From positions 896,001 to 960,000 of the forward strand of contig OZ244653.1 of the NCBI GenBank assembly GCA_965218795.1: a stretch of 64,000 nucleotides of DNA, read 5' to 3'. Below, piece by piece: positions 10,726 through 21,155 of this stretch (the stretch's first letter is position 1; the number at the start of each line of letters is the position of its first letter). This stretch comes from a bacterium. Lineage in GTDB: Bacteria; UBA8248; JACPRG01; G963555815. The notes beneath the pieces were generated by a model. It ran no database searches and was not told where the DNA came from. It saw only the letters and a program-made list of their open reading frames with translations. The position numbers and the translations under genes are program-made.

Positions 10726-10754
10726 TTTACACCTGAAGGCAGATTTGGTAAAAT
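10726..10754 (+). promoter_or_regulatory. Predicted sigma70 promoter of the ABC transporter operon
   Basis: TTTACA-N17-TAAAAT with TG extension; downstream inverted repeat CTTGA-N12-TCAAG (10763-10784) may be an operator. Confidence 0.5.
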
Positions 10755-10917
10755 TCAACATTCTTGAGCGCATCAAATTTCAAGACGTAGTATTTGTATG
10801 AAGAACACAAGGGGGATTGGCTCTTCTTGGCAAGCGCATCATCAAGCCTCTTGGTCCCGGGCTTTACAGCAGAGGGCAAAGCCCAAAACCCTATCCATGG
10901 AAGGGGAGACATTCCAA

Positions 10918-11928
10918 ATGAGCAAGGGAAGAGGAATCAGCCGCCGCAGATTCGTGCAGGGTGTCGGATGGGTGGCAGCCGGCGCGATGGCAGGGCCCTT
11001 TGCGGCATCTCGCCGCTCGTTTGGGGCCACCCCGGTCGTGGGTGCCGGCCTCGGACCGCCGTCCAACTCCACGATGATGGTTCCCATCATCAAGGGGAAA
11101 AAGCTTGACCAGAAGCACGGCCTCGATTTCCAGATCAATCTGTATCGCCGGCTGGGCGCAATGTATTCCGACTTTGCCGCTCATAAGTGGGAGAGTGTCT
11201 ACTGCCCCGCTTTCTCCAACGCCGCGAGATTTTACAACAAGGGCGTGGACATACAACTGATGTTTACGTATACGACCGCCAACCACGCGTTCGTCACGAA
11301 AAACCCGGCCATCCGAACGGCTCAGGACCTGAAGGGCAAGACCGTCGCCGCGACGACGGCTTCCGGCTTCTGGGGCATGGCCGTCCTCTTCCTGCGGGCC
11401 AACGGGCTCAACCACCGGACCGATCTCAACGTCATCAGCGCCTCCCCGCCGGCTGTGACGACGCAGCTCATGGCCAACAAGGTCGATGTAGGTATCGTCT
11501 GGGAGCCGAATCTCTCGAGGATGCTGACGTCGGGATTCCATCTGGTGGGCGATATGAGCGCCGGTATCCGGAAGGCCATCGGGATCAAGGCGGACCAGCC
11601 TGTCTGGTATCTGGGCGCCTACGCCTGGAAGGAATGGCTGCACGGCGACCACAAACGGAATGTCGGCATCCTGAGAATGTGGCAGGACGCGGTCGATTTT
11701 TATCACAAGCAGCCCGAGAAGGCCGACAAGTTGATCAGCGAGTTCACGAAGATCCCAGTGAAGGCGCTGAAATACAGCCGCGAACACAAGTTCATGACCT
11801 TCCGTGTGGAGCCTGCCATGAACCAGAAAGCGAACATCATGGCGACGCTCGAAGGCTTCAAGTCGGTGGGTCGGATGAAGAAGCTTCCGAATGACGGCAT
11901 TTATTACAAATGGCCGGGGTTGAGTTGA
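10918..11928 (+). CDS. NitT/TauT-family ABC substrate-binding protein with Tat signal
   Basis: SRRRFV twin-arginine signal, DLKGKTVA, GIVWEP; precedes permease and ATPase. Confidence 0.88.
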   Translation: MSKGRGISRRRFVQGVGWVAAGAMAGPFAASRRSFGATPVVGAGLGPPSNSTMMVPIIKGKKLDQKHGLDFQINLYRRLGAMYSDFAAHKWESVYCPAFSNAARFYNKGVDIQLMFTYTTANHAFVTKNPAIRTAQDLKGKTVAATTASGFWGMAVLFLRANGLNHRTDLNVISASPPAVTTQLMANKVDVGIVWEPNLSRMLTSGFHLVGDMSAGIRKAIGIKADQPVWYLGAYAWKEWLHGDHKRNVGILRMWQDAVDFYHKQPEKADKLISEFTKIPVKALKYSREHKFMTFRVEPAMNQKANIMATLEGFKSVGRMKKLPNDGIYYKWPGLS

Positions 11929-11989
11929 GAGCCGAGGCCGGAATGCTTTCCTGAAAACAGGAAGCGTGACGTGAAGCGAAGCAATGAGA

Positions 11990-12015
11990 GGCGGCCTTCC
12001 CACGGGAGGGCCGCC
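11990..12015 (+). other. Intercistronic stem-loop after the binding-protein gene
   Basis: GGCGGCCTTCCC-AC-GGGAGGGCCGCC inverted repeat; no U-tract, consistent with an mRNA-stabilising hairpin. Confidence 0.45.
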
Positions 12016-12044
12016 ATTCCAGATATGAGACAGGACAGGGTGCC

Positions 12045-12908
12045 ATGACGCAGGCGGAGATTACCGAATCCGGCGCGGATCAGGAGCACGCTTCCGGAGC
12101 GGGTCTGCCCGTCGCCGCCGGCGAACGGGTGGGGACGGGCGGATTCCTGGGCGAAGGATTTTCCTGGAAGGCCGTCGTTACGTTTTTGACCATTGCGGTG
12201 ATATGGCAGATCGTCTCTTTTTTCAGCCCCGTGTATCTGTTCCCGGGCATTCAACTCATTGCGCAGTCTTTCTATGAAATCCTGACTTCCTTCGAGATGA
12301 TCATCCAGTTGGTTTGGACCTTCGGCCGTTTGCTCTCAGCCATTATCGTTTCCGTCATCATTGGCGTGCCCATTGGCATGTTCATGGGCATGTCCAACCG
12401 GATTGACGATTTCGTACGCCCCCTCATCAAGTTCATCATGGGCGTCCCGGCTCTCAACTGGGTGATCATCGTTATCGTGTGGTTCTCGGCCACCGAGGTC
12501 CGCATCGGCTTCGTCCTCCTCATGATCTGCGCGCCGATTACAATCTTCAACGTGTACGACGGTATACGATCGATCGACCAGAAGACCATCGACATGGTGA
12601 AGACCTTCGGGGCGAATCCGTTTCAAATGATTAAGATCCTCTTCTGGCCTTACGCCAAATCCTTCGCCTTTACGGCAACGAAGATCAACGTCGGCGTGGG
12701 CGTTCGCGTCGTTATCGTGGCGGAATTGGTCGGGGCGCCGACCGGCATCGGCAAGGAGCTCGATCTCGCCAAAAGCCTGTTTGACATGTCGCTTATCCTC
12801 GCCTGGACGTTGTGGATGATCCTCATCCTGCTGCTCTTGGAATATTTCATCGAATGGCTGGAGAGCCATGTCCTCCAATGGCGGGCGGAGGAAGGGGGCA
12901 GAACCTGA
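12045..12908 (+). CDS. NitT/TauT ABC transporter permease
   Basis: Six TM segments, EAA-like loop DMVKTFGA, VAELVGAPTGIG. Confidence 0.92.
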   Translation: MTQAEITESGADQEHASGAGLPVAAGERVGTGGFLGEGFSWKAVVTFLTIAVIWQIVSFFSPVYLFPGIQLIAQSFYEILTSFEMIIQLVWTFGRLLSAIIVSVIIGVPIGMFMGMSNRIDDFVRPLIKFIMGVPALNWVIIVIVWFSATEVRIGFVLLMICAPITIFNVYDGIRSIDQKTIDMVKTFGANPFQMIKILFWPYAKSFAFTATKINVGVGVRVVIVAELVGAPTGIGKELDLAKSLFDMSLILAWTLWMILILLLLEYFIEWLESHVLQWRAEEGGRT

Positions 12909-13732
12909 TGGCAGAAGGCGCCCGAATTTCCGGAAATGGATCCCGCCGGGAAACGAAAATCGCCGTCCGGGACGTCCACAAGACCTTCTACCAAAAGCAG
13001 AAGGGGGTGGAAGTCCGGGCGATCGCCGGATTGGATTTTGAAATTTTCGAAGGCGAATACCTGGTGATCGTCGGCGAGACCGGTGCGGGGAAGTCGGTCT
13101 TTTTCGACTGCCTCTTGGGTCTGAAGGATACCACCGCCGGGCACATCCTGATCGACGGGACACCGGCTGTTCAGTTTCGCAAAAAAAACGTCGGGGGCAT
13201 CACGCGAATCTTCCAGGAAGACCGACTGCTCCCCTGGCGGACGGCCACCGAAAACGTTTCTCTCGGATTGGAGATCCAGGGGGGTCCAAAGGAGGAGCAA
13301 ACCGAGACCGCCCACAAGTGGTTGAAGCTGGTCGGACTTTGGGGGTTTGAGAATTCCTACCCCAATGAGCTTTCCGGCGGGATGCGACAACGGGTGAACA
13401 TTGCCCGCGCCTTCGCCACCCAGCCGGACATCCTCCTGCTGGACGAGGCGTTCGGCGGACTGGACGAGGTGACGGCGACCCGTCTGCGCAAGGACTTTCT
13501 CGATATTGCGCATCAGCAGAAAATGACCTTTGTGATGGTGACCCACAGCCTGGAAGAGGCGCTCGTTCTCGGAAAACGGGTTCTCGTCTTCGGCGTGCCG
13601 GCCCGGGTCGTCCACTCCATTGCCATTCCGGACGGTATCGAAAACGACGAGGCCCTGTTCGAAGAAAAGAAAGAGGAAATCAAGTACTGGATTGCCAAGG
13701 AAGGGCGCCTGAAGTCGGTCGATAGGGATTAG
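12908..13732 (+). CDS. NitT/TauT ABC transporter ATPase
   Basis: Walker A GETGAGKS, LSGGMRQR, LLLDEAFGGLD, VTH; TGATG overlap with permease. Confidence 0.95.
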   Translation: MAEGARISGNGSRRETKIAVRDVHKTFYQKQKGVEVRAIAGLDFEIFEGEYLVIVGETGAGKSVFFDCLLGLKDTTAGHILIDGTPAVQFRKKNVGGITRIFQEDRLLPWRTATENVSLGLEIQGGPKEEQTETAHKWLKLVGLWGFENSYPNELSGGMRQRVNIARAFATQPDILLLDEAFGGLDEVTATRLRKDFLDIAHQQKMTFVMVTHSLEEALVLGKRVLVFGVPARVVHSIAIPDGIENDEALFEEKKEEIKYWIAKEGRLKSVDRD

Positions 13733-13737
13733 GACGG

Positions 13738-13764
13738 ATGGAGAAAGACGGCGTCTTTCTCCAT
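13738..13764. terminator. Perfect 12-bp hairpin between convergent operons
   Basis: ATGGAGAAAGAC-GGC-GTCTTTCTCCAT, 5 bp after the ATPase stop. Confidence 0.55.
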
Positions 13765-13843
13765 TGATAGACCGTCCTTATGTAGAATCGAACCAAAGGG
13801 GTGACCGGAGCAGGTCGTCTCTTTTCGTTTCCATTGAAGAATT

Positions 13844-15418
13844 TCACCGAATCAGTTCCCTCCGCAAAATTTTCCCCACGGGACTCTTGGGCAGTGATTC
13901 CGCAAATTCGATGACGTGCGGAACCTTGAACGGCGCTATCCGCTTCTTCAGGTTCGCTTGCAACAGGGAGGCCAGGGCCGCCGTCGGATCGACCTTCTCC
14001 CGCAGTACGACAATCGCCCGGATGCGGTTCCCGATTTCCTCATCGGCCACTGGAACCACCGCGGCTTCCGCGATTTCGGGCTCCCGGCGCAAAGCGCTCT
14101 CAATCTCCACCGGCGAGATGAAGATCCCCCGGCTCTTGAAGCACTCGTCGCTCCTGCCGGCAATCCAAAAATATCCCTCGGCATCCCGGTACGCGAGATC
14201 CCCCGTGTGGTACCAACCCTCCCGCCGCACCTCGGCCGTTCGATCAGGATCCTTGTGGTATCCAAGAAAAAATCCCGGGTTATCCGCCCGGATGAGAAGA
14301 TTGCCGATGTCGCCGGGCGGCAGCGCCCGGTATTCGTCGTCCAGCACTTCGACGTCTACGCCGGGGAGCGGCTTGCCGATGGACCCCGGCCGTACGGGGT
14401 GTCGAGGGCCCTGCCCCAAAACCATCTGCATCTCCGACACGCCGTAATGCTCGTAGATGTCGCAACCGACCCGTCGCTTCCATTCGTAATACGTAGCGTC
14501 CTGCAAAGGCTCTCCCGTCGCGTTGCAACATCGGAGGCTCGACAGGTCGTATTTTTTTTCGACACCGTCGATGGAAAGAATTCGCCGGTACACCGTCGGA
14601 ACGGAATACAAGACCGTGACCCGAAAACGCTGGACGGCGTCGAGCACCTGCGCCGGGTGCGCGCGTCCTTCCAGAATGGCGCCGGCCATACCATTCCGTA
14701 AGGGGAACAGAACATTGTGCCCAAGTGCGCTGATAAAGCTCCATTCGCCCGTTGCCATCACCACATCGCCTTCCAGGGGCGGGATCCGCAGGTTGTTGGC
14801 GTCGCCCAGGGCGATGATCCAGCGGTGCGCGTGGCAAATCCCCTTTGGTCTTCCCGTCGTCCCAGAGGTGTACACGAAAAAGGCGGGGTCATCGGCGGCT
14901 GTGTCGGCGGCCTCCAAACCCACGGCATCTTGCTCATGCGTCAACTTCTCGAAGGCCCGGTCCCCGTCGCTCGCTCCTCGAGCAACGATTAAACCTTGGC
15001 TGAGCCGGTCGCGGATTTTCCGCAGCGAACCCGCCACCGAGTCCAGCGTGACGGCCGCGGCGGCTTCGCTGTGCTCCACGACGTAGCTGACTTCGTCTTC
15101 TCCGAGAAGCGAGTTGAGGAGGACGGGAAGGGCGCCGATTTTCAACAAGGCGAGAAAAGAAAGGATAAACTCCGGACAGTTCGGCATCCGGAGGATAATC
15201 GGCATCCCCCGGCTCACACCCTCCCGGATGAAACCTCTGGCCAGAGAATCGACGCGCGCCCCCAGGGCTTCATAGGAGAGCCGGCCGCTCTTGTGCAAAA
15301 ACGCGGTCCCTTTCCCCAGCCCCCGTTCGATCGGCCGGTCGAGAATCTCCCCGGCGATATTCACCCGCAGGGGGATCTTCCGATACCCGGACGGCAGCCC
15401 TGAAACGTTAGCTTCCAT
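13844..15418 (-). CDS. Aryl/acyl-CoA ligase (benzoate-CoA ligase-like)
   Basis: YTSGTTGRPKG, YGVSE, YHTGD, GRSD, LPKSPVGK. Alternative start at 15445. Confidence 0.9.
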   Translation of the reverse strand: MEANVSGLPSGYRKIPLRVNIAGEILDRPIERGLGKGTAFLHKSGRLSYEALGARVDSLARGFIREGVSRGMPIILRMPNCPEFILSFLALLKIGALPVLLNSLLGEDEVSYVVEHSEAAAAVTLDSVAGSLRKIRDRLSQGLIVARGASDGDRAFEKLTHEQDAVGLEAADTAADDPAFFVYTSGTTGRPKGICHAHRWIIALGDANNLRIPPLEGDVVMATGEWSFISALGHNVLFPLRNGMAGAILEGRAHPAQVLDAVQRFRVTVLYSVPTVYRRILSIDGVEKKYDLSSLRCCNATGEPLQDATYYEWKRRVGCDIYEHYGVSEMQMVLGQGPRHPVRPGSIGKPLPGVDVEVLDDEYRALPPGDIGNLLIRADNPGFFLGYHKDPDRTAEVRREGWYHTGDLAYRDAEGYFWIAGRSDECFKSRGIFISPVEIESALRREPEIAEAAVVPVADEEIGNRIRAIVVLREKVDPTAALASLLQANLKKRIAPFKVPHVIEFAESLPKSPVGKILRRELIR

Positions 15419-16310
15419 TCCCGCTTCCAAACGGCCAATTCTCATAAAACGGTCCTCGGTAGTCCGGGTCCCGCTTTTCCATGAAGGAACGGATGCCCTC
15501 CTGGCAGTCTTTTGTGCGTGTGATCTCGAGGATGGCGGCCAGCTCTTTGCCGTATCCCTCTTCGGAGCGGTTGGCGTTCCAGTAATACTTGACCAGATCT
15601 TTGGCATGGCGGACGGAAAGGTACGGATTGCTGGAGATCTGCCCGGCCAGCTCGAACGCCTCATCCATCAGCTTGTCGTGGGGGACAACGCGGTCCACCA
15701 GTCCGATCCGCTCGGCCTCCTGGGCGTCGACGCGCTTGCCGGTGAGGATCATCTCAAGCGCCTTCCCCACACCGATGAGCTTTGGCAGGTTGCGCGCGCC
15801 GCCGGCCTCCGGGACGAAACCGGCGGGCACGGCGACCTCGCCCAGCCGGGCCTGATCGGACGCAATCCGTAAATCGCACAGAGTGCACATCTCCAGCCCG
15901 GCCCCGACCGCCCAGCCGTTGATGGCGGCGATGGTGACGGGAGGCAGGTCTTCCAGCTTTCGAAAACAGCGCTGAAGGACCTGGTGGCGCAGATCGTTGA
16001 AAAAATAGTGGGCGAGTTCCTGATAGGGTCCGTGGATGCCCATGTCATAATCCTCGGTCGCCCCCAGCGGTCCGGCCTCCGTCGTGACGTCCCCTCCCGC
16101 GGAAAACCCCCGGCCCTCTCCCGTGATGATGACTGTCTTCAGGTGGCTGTTCCATCTGATTTCATCGCACAGGATGTCGAGTTCCACGCGCATTCGGACG
16201 TCGATCGCGTTCATGGTCTCGGGCCGGTTCAGCTTGATCAGTCCGATGCATGGCTCTTGGGGCCTGTTCGGGTTGGAGTGAACAGACCAGTCCAGTGCCT
16301 GATATTTCAT
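15408..16310 (-). CDS. Enoyl-CoA hydratase/crotonase-family protein
   Basis: LNRPETMNA, FSAGGD, AVGAGLE, CDLRIA, EGIRSFMEKR. Confidence 0.92.
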   Translation of the reverse strand: MKYQALDWSVHSNPNRPQEPCIGLIKLNRPETMNAIDVRMRVELDILCDEIRWNSHLKTVIITGEGRGFSAGGDVTTEAGPLGATEDYDMGIHGPYQELAHYFFNDLRHQVLQRCFRKLEDLPPVTIAAINGWAVGAGLEMCTLCDLRIASDQARLGEVAVPAGFVPEAGGARNLPKLIGVGKALEMILTGKRVDAQEAERIGLVDRVVPHDKLMDEAFELAGQISSNPYLSVRHAKDLVKYYWNANRSEEGYGKELAAILEITRTKDCQEGIRSFMEKRDPDYRGPFYENWPFGSGNGS

Positions 16311-16461
16311 CGTCCCTCCTCCTTTGCATGGGTCGTTTCACGGCGCAAGCCTCCGTCTGCCGCAAGGGCCTCCTCGAATCGCTGATTGGGCTGCTCGCTA
16401 TTGTACCGGCTTCAGTGAAGGGGAAGGGAAAGGATGGCCGGCGGTGGAAAACCCGAATGGG

Positions 16462-18768
16462 TCACTTCTCCTCTCGCTGTCTCTCAAAAGACCGGGCGAT
16501 CTGTTCGAGATAGAGAGGAGGCGGAGGGCCTTCCTTGGGCTCTCCAAAGTAAAGCGTCCGGTGGGGAAACGGGATCTCGATGCCGCGCTCATCGAAGACT
16601 TTCTTCATCCGGCGATTGAACTCCCGCCCCACCCGCCATTGCTTGATGGGCCGGGTGATCAATCGAGCCCGGACGATGACCGCCGAATCCTCGAATCGGT
16701 CCACCCCCATGATATCGATGGGCTCGAGGATGTCATCGGCATAGTCCGGCTCGGCGCGCATCTCTTCGTCGATTTCCCTCAGGATGGCCACCACCTGATC
16801 CGTGTCCTCCCGGTAGGCAACGCCGACGTCCAGAACGTACCGCGAAAAGTCCTTCGTCATATTCGTGATCCTATCGACGCTGCTGTGCGGGATGACGTGA
16901 ACGTTTCCTGCGAGATCGCGAATCCGGACGGTTCGAAGGTTGACGTTCTCCACAATCCCGGCCGTCCCTTTCAGAATGACGATATCCCCCACCGCCATGC
17001 TGTCTTCGACGAGATTGAACAGTCCCGAGAGGATGTCCTTGATGAGCGATTGCGCCCCGAAACCGACCGCGAGACCCAACACCCCGACGCCTGCGAGGAT
17101 GGGCGTGATGTTGATACCCAGCCGTCCCATCACGATCAAGGCCGCGATGGAAAAGACTGCGACCTTCAGCGTCGCACGTCCCAACGGGATGAGGGTCTTC
17201 GCCCGCGAAAAAGGCTCGCTCAAGGTTCCGCCGGGGTCTCGCCGCGGTTGCAGCAGAGCCTCCGCCGCGAAATCCCCCCCCTCCATCGCAATACAGGCAA
17301 TCCCGATGGTGACGGCAATGGCCACGATCCGTTCGATCAGGAAGCGTCCGATATCGGAGAGGAGAAAATCGATGAGCCGAAGCTGCCAGGCTTCCAGAAT
17401 CAGGAGGATCGTCAGGATGTAGAGGATTCCAAATACAATGCGGTGTGCGATTCGAACGTATCGGTTGACCCTTCCCTCCAGGGTAGGAAATCGAGCCTTG
17501 AACCGATCGGGCACACGGAACAACCGATTCAACAAGGCCCTCAGACCCTGCCGGAAGGCGAAAAAGAGAGCGAGCAGAACAATCGTGGAGATTGTGGACT
17601 GGAACATGAGGGCGAGAGCGCTCGGATGGTCCAGCAACAGGAGACCGTACCCCACCATGAGATACGCGATCGCAAACCAATGCCAGTAGGCGATCAAAAA
17701 CCGGCCCGTGATGCGGAGGGATTGAAACCGCGATCCTTTCGAGGTCTCCCTCGCTTCCATTCGGGCTGCCAACTCCTTTCGTTGCTGGAGAAAGAGGACA
17801 ATCAGTTGAATAACGACCAACGCTCCAAACAGGTCGAACCAGGCATCCTTCGTGCCCGGTGAAGCTCCCATGATTCCGGTGATCTCGACGATGTAGTACC
17901 CGAAGACGCCCACGCCGCTCAGGCGGCCGATCCAGACATTCCAGTAGGCGGCGGTTTCATCGCGTAACGGGAGAAAACGCAGATTCGGCCGATGTGCGGC
18001 GAGGAACATCCTGAAGACGGCCAAAATCATCTTGCGAATGAAGTAGGCCCAAACAGCCGTCAGGACGATGGCCGTGCCCCGGGTCGAGGGTTGAAAAACC
18101 GTCAGGACGAGAAAAACCGCCGCGAGCATGACGACTGGAGGGATGAGGCTCAAGACAGAAACGCCCAAGGAGGACGTCAGCTTGCGAGAGGATGGAGCGC
18201 CGTTCGGCAGATCCAGGCGGTCCGCGGCGCGACGGGTATGCTTAAGAGTCATCCATCCGAGAAAAATGGCCACGCCGAAGGCCGCGGCGAGCTTCCATGC
18301 CAGATCGACGAGCTTGCGAACCGACTCTTTGTCCCGAAGCTTTTTGAGACCGGCCGAAAACGCCTCCGGGAGCGTCCGGATTTCCGTTGTCGCTCGCCTG
18401 AGCGTACTGTCAATCTCTCCGACCACCTGTTCGTAGATTTCCACGAACGTAATACCTTGCCCCAACAACGCCTTTTTCTCTGTTTCCTGCGCCGAGCGGC
18501 GCTGTTCCAACAGCGCCCGGAGCTGCCGGATCAGCTTCTCCCGTTCAGCGGGGTTTTCCAACGTCTTCAGCAACAACTCGAAATCGACCCGGGCCGTCAG
18601 CCCTTGGAGGGCCTTCCCGGTCTCGGCGCGTTTCGTTATGCCCGCCGGCAAACCGGTCTGTGCGAAAACAGACACGGAGGACGTCAGGAGGAGAACGAGG
18701 ATGAAGAAAAACCGGAGAGATCGATTGAGATAACGCATGGGACGACTCACCGTTGGTTCCATGATCAC
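16462..18768 (-). CDS. Large MscS-family mechanosensitive channel (YbiO-like)
   Basis: Signal peptide, multiple TMs, LAGVGVLGLAVGFGAQSLIKD, FDERGIEIPFP. Confidence 0.93.
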   Translation of the reverse strand: MIMEPTVSRPMRYLNRSLRFFFILVLLLTSSVSVFAQTGLPAGITKRAETGKALQGLTARVDFELLLKTLENPAEREKLIRQLRALLEQRRSAQETEKKALLGQGITFVEIYEQVVGEIDSTLRRATTEIRTLPEAFSAGLKKLRDKESVRKLVDLAWKLAAAFGVAIFLGWMTLKHTRRAADRLDLPNGAPSSRKLTSSLGVSVLSLIPPVVMLAAVFLVLTVFQPSTRGTAIVLTAVWAYFIRKMILAVFRMFLAAHRPNLRFLPLRDETAAYWNVWIGRLSGVGVFGYYIVEITGIMGASPGTKDAWFDLFGALVVIQLIVLFLQQRKELAARMEARETSKGSRFQSLRITGRFLIAYWHWFAIAYLMVGYGLLLLDHPSALALMFQSTISTIVLLALFFAFRQGLRALLNRLFRVPDRFKARFPTLEGRVNRYVRIAHRIVFGILYILTILLILEAWQLRLIDFLLSDIGRFLIERIVAIAVTIGIACIAMEGGDFAAEALLQPRRDPGGTLSEPFSRAKTLIPLGRATLKVAVFSIAALIVMGRLGINITPILAGVGVLGLAVGFGAQSLIKDILSGLFNLVEDSMAVGDIVILKGTAGIVENVNLRTVRIRDLAGNVHVIPHSSVDRITNMTKDFSRYVLDVGVAYREDTDQVVAILREIDEEMRAEPDYADDILEPIDIMGVDRFEDSAVIVRARLITRPIKQWRVGREFNRRMKKVFDERGIEIPFPHRTLYFGEPKEGPPPPLYLEQIARSFERQREEK

Positions 18769-21155
18769 CGGCTCAAACCCGGGCCCATGATTCGCCAGAT
18801 GCGGTTGGGGCTGAGCGGGAGTGCGGTCACCTCGATTCCGAGCGGCGAGAGCGCGTCTTCCACGGCGTTCGCGATAGCGGCCGGAGCCGGGATGGCGCCG
18901 CCCTCCCCCGCCCCCTTGGCCCCCAGGGTCGTAAAGGGAGAAGGGGTCTCCAGACTGTCCACCTCGATATGTGGGGACTCCATGGTCGTCGGTTTCAGAT
19001 AATCCATGAAGTTGGCGGTGAGGAACTGCCCGTTCTCGTCGTAGATGAACTCTTCATACAACGCCGCGCCGATTCCGTGAACCGTGGCCCCGTGGGCGAG
19101 CCCCTCGACGATCATTGGATTGATTTCGGTGCCGCAGTCGTGAACCATACCGTATTTGAGAATGTTGACCTTCGCCGTTCCGGGATCCACCTCCACCATC
19201 GCCATATGCACCGAGTTGCTGGCAAACAACTGTGTGCGGACGCGCCGCTCCGAATCCGGCAAGTCGGCTTGGGGATTGACGTGGTAGTGGCGCGCCTCGA
19301 GTCCCGCCTCCATCCCCTTCGGGAGCATCAGCAGATCACGGTAGGCGATCCGGGCGATTTCAGCGAGGGGCATCGAGGATGCCTCTTCTCCCCGATCATG
19401 CACGACGCCCTCTTCGACCGACAGGACCTGCGGGTCGGCGCCCATGAGGTGCGCCGCCAAGTCCAGCAACTTGGTCCGGACCTTTTCAGCCGCCCCGATG
19501 ATCGCTGCCGTATTCGTCCCTGAGAACTTGTTGGAATAATTTCCGGACGCGTAGAGCCACGGCGTCGTGTAGGAATCAAACCAGGACGCCACGTGGACGG
19601 TATCCGGGTGAACGCCCAGTTCGTCCGCCACGATTTGGGCCACTGTGGTTTCGTATCCCTGTCCGCTGCCGGCGTCCCCGACGGCCACGCGGACGGAGCC
19701 GTCCGCCTCGATTCGCACCAGGGCGGCCTCCCCCATGCCCGAGGCCAGCCGGCGTCCCGTGGTCAGGATGTAAGAGGAAAGGTTCGAGCTGCTCGGCTCG
19801 ACCGCGGCCGCGATGCCGATTCCCACGTACCGTCCCCCGGCCCGGGCCTCTCCCTGAACCTTCCGAAGCCCCTCATAATCCATCTGGTCCAACGAGCGCC
19901 GGAGGGTTTCCGGGTAATCGCCGCTGTCAAAGACGGTTCCCGAAGGGATGCGGTAGGGAAAATCCTCCGGGGGGATGAAGTTCCGGAACCGGATTTCCGC
20001 CGGGTCGAGGTCCAGCTCCCTCGCGATGAGATCCATCATTCGCTCGACGGCGAAGCACATGAAGGGTTTGCCGATGCCCCGGTTCGCGCCGGAAGGGCAT
20101 TTGTTGGTCAAAACGGCGCGGGCCTCGAACCGCACGGCGGGAATCTTGTAACAGTTGGTCAGGTTCCCCATTTTCAGGAGGGAGTGGACCGTCGGGTTCG
20201 CGAGGTTGTTTCCTTCGTCCGCAAGGTCCCGGACGATGAGCGCTTGGACCGTGCCGTCGGCGTCGAAAGCGGCCTCCACTTCGAGAACGCCGTTGCAGGC
20301 GTGCATCAGGGCCATCAGGTTCTCACGCCGGTCCTCGACCCATTTGACGGGTTTCCCGGTCTTCTTCGCCAAGAGTGCGGCCATGAGCAAATAGGGCGCT
20401 CGGCGCTTATTGCCGAATCCCCCCCCGACGTCGGGGACGATCAGGCGGATTTTCGCATGGGAGACGCCGAGAGCGTCGGCCAGCAATCCGGCGGTCAACC
20501 CCGGCCGCTGGTCGTTCGACCAGAACGAGTAGCTTTCGCTCCCCGCGTCGAATTGGGCGATACAGCCGAAAGTCTCAAGAGGGGTGGAGGCATAGCGCTG
20601 GATGTGAAAGCGCTTCTTGAGCGTCCGCCCGGCTTTCTCGAATGCCTGGTCAACCTCGCCAAAGGTGAACGAGTCGGACCAGATCACGTTCGACTTCATC
20701 TCTTCGTAAAGAGCGGGCGCTCCGGGCTCAACGGCTTTCTCAGGGTCCACGATGGCTTCCAGGGGTTCATACTCCCCGCGGATTCGCTCGCTCGCGTCCT
20801 CCGCCACGTATCGGTCGATGGCCGCCACCGCGGCGACGGGTTCTCCAACGTAACGGACCCGGTCGATGGCCAGACAGCCGTACCCCAGCTTGACCGGAAC
20901 GGGGATGAGGGATTTCATCGTGTGATGGACCGCGTCCTGTCCCGTGATCACGGCTTGGACTCCGGGAATCTTTTCGGTCTCGGACGTATCGACTGAGATG
21001 ATCCGGGCGTGCGGATAGGGGCTCCGGTAGACCGCGGTGTGGAGCATCCCCGGAAACGACAGGTCGTCCACATAACTCCCCTGCCCGGAGATAAACCTGC
21101 CGTCCTCCTTTCGAAGGACCCTCTTCCCCGTCCACCCCGTTGCCGTCCCGCTCAT
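18765..21155 (-). CDS. Xanthine dehydrogenase-family Mo-binding large subunit (HmfA-like paralog)
   Basis: RKEDGRF, RSPYPHA, VGGGFGNK, TNKCPSGANRG, GQGYET, HDCG, KGAGEG. Confidence 0.92.
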   Translation of the reverse strand: MSGTATGWTGKRVLRKEDGRFISGQGSYVDDLSFPGMLHTAVYRSPYPHARIISVDTSETEKIPGVQAVITGQDAVHHTMKSLIPVPVKLGYGCLAIDRVRYVGEPVAAVAAIDRYVAEDASERIRGEYEPLEAIVDPEKAVEPGAPALYEEMKSNVIWSDSFTFGEVDQAFEKAGRTLKKRFHIQRYASTPLETFGCIAQFDAGSESYSFWSNDQRPGLTAGLLADALGVSHAKIRLIVPDVGGGFGNKRRAPYLLMAALLAKKTGKPVKWVEDRRENLMALMHACNGVLEVEAAFDADGTVQALIVRDLADEGNNLANPTVHSLLKMGNLTNCYKIPAVRFEARAVLTNKCPSGANRGIGKPFMCFAVERMMDLIARELDLDPAEIRFRNFIPPEDFPYRIPSGTVFDSGDYPETLRRSLDQMDYEGLRKVQGEARAGGRYVGIGIAAAVEPSSSNLSSYILTTGRRLASGMGEAALVRIEADGSVRVAVGDAGSGQGYETTVAQIVADELGVHPDTVHVASWFDSYTTPWLYASGNYSNKFSGTNTAAIIGAAEKVRTKLLDLAAHLMGADPQVLSVEEGVVHDRGEEASSMPLAEIARIAYRDLLMLPKGMEAGLEARHYHVNPQADLPDSERRVRTQLFASNSVHMAMVEVDPGTAKVNILKYGMVHDCGTEINPMIVEGLAHGATVHGIGAALYEEFIYDENGQFLTANFMDYLKPTTMESPHIEVDSLETPSPFTTLGAKGAGEGGAIPAPAAIANAVEDALSPLGIEVTALPLSPNRIWRIMGPGLSR

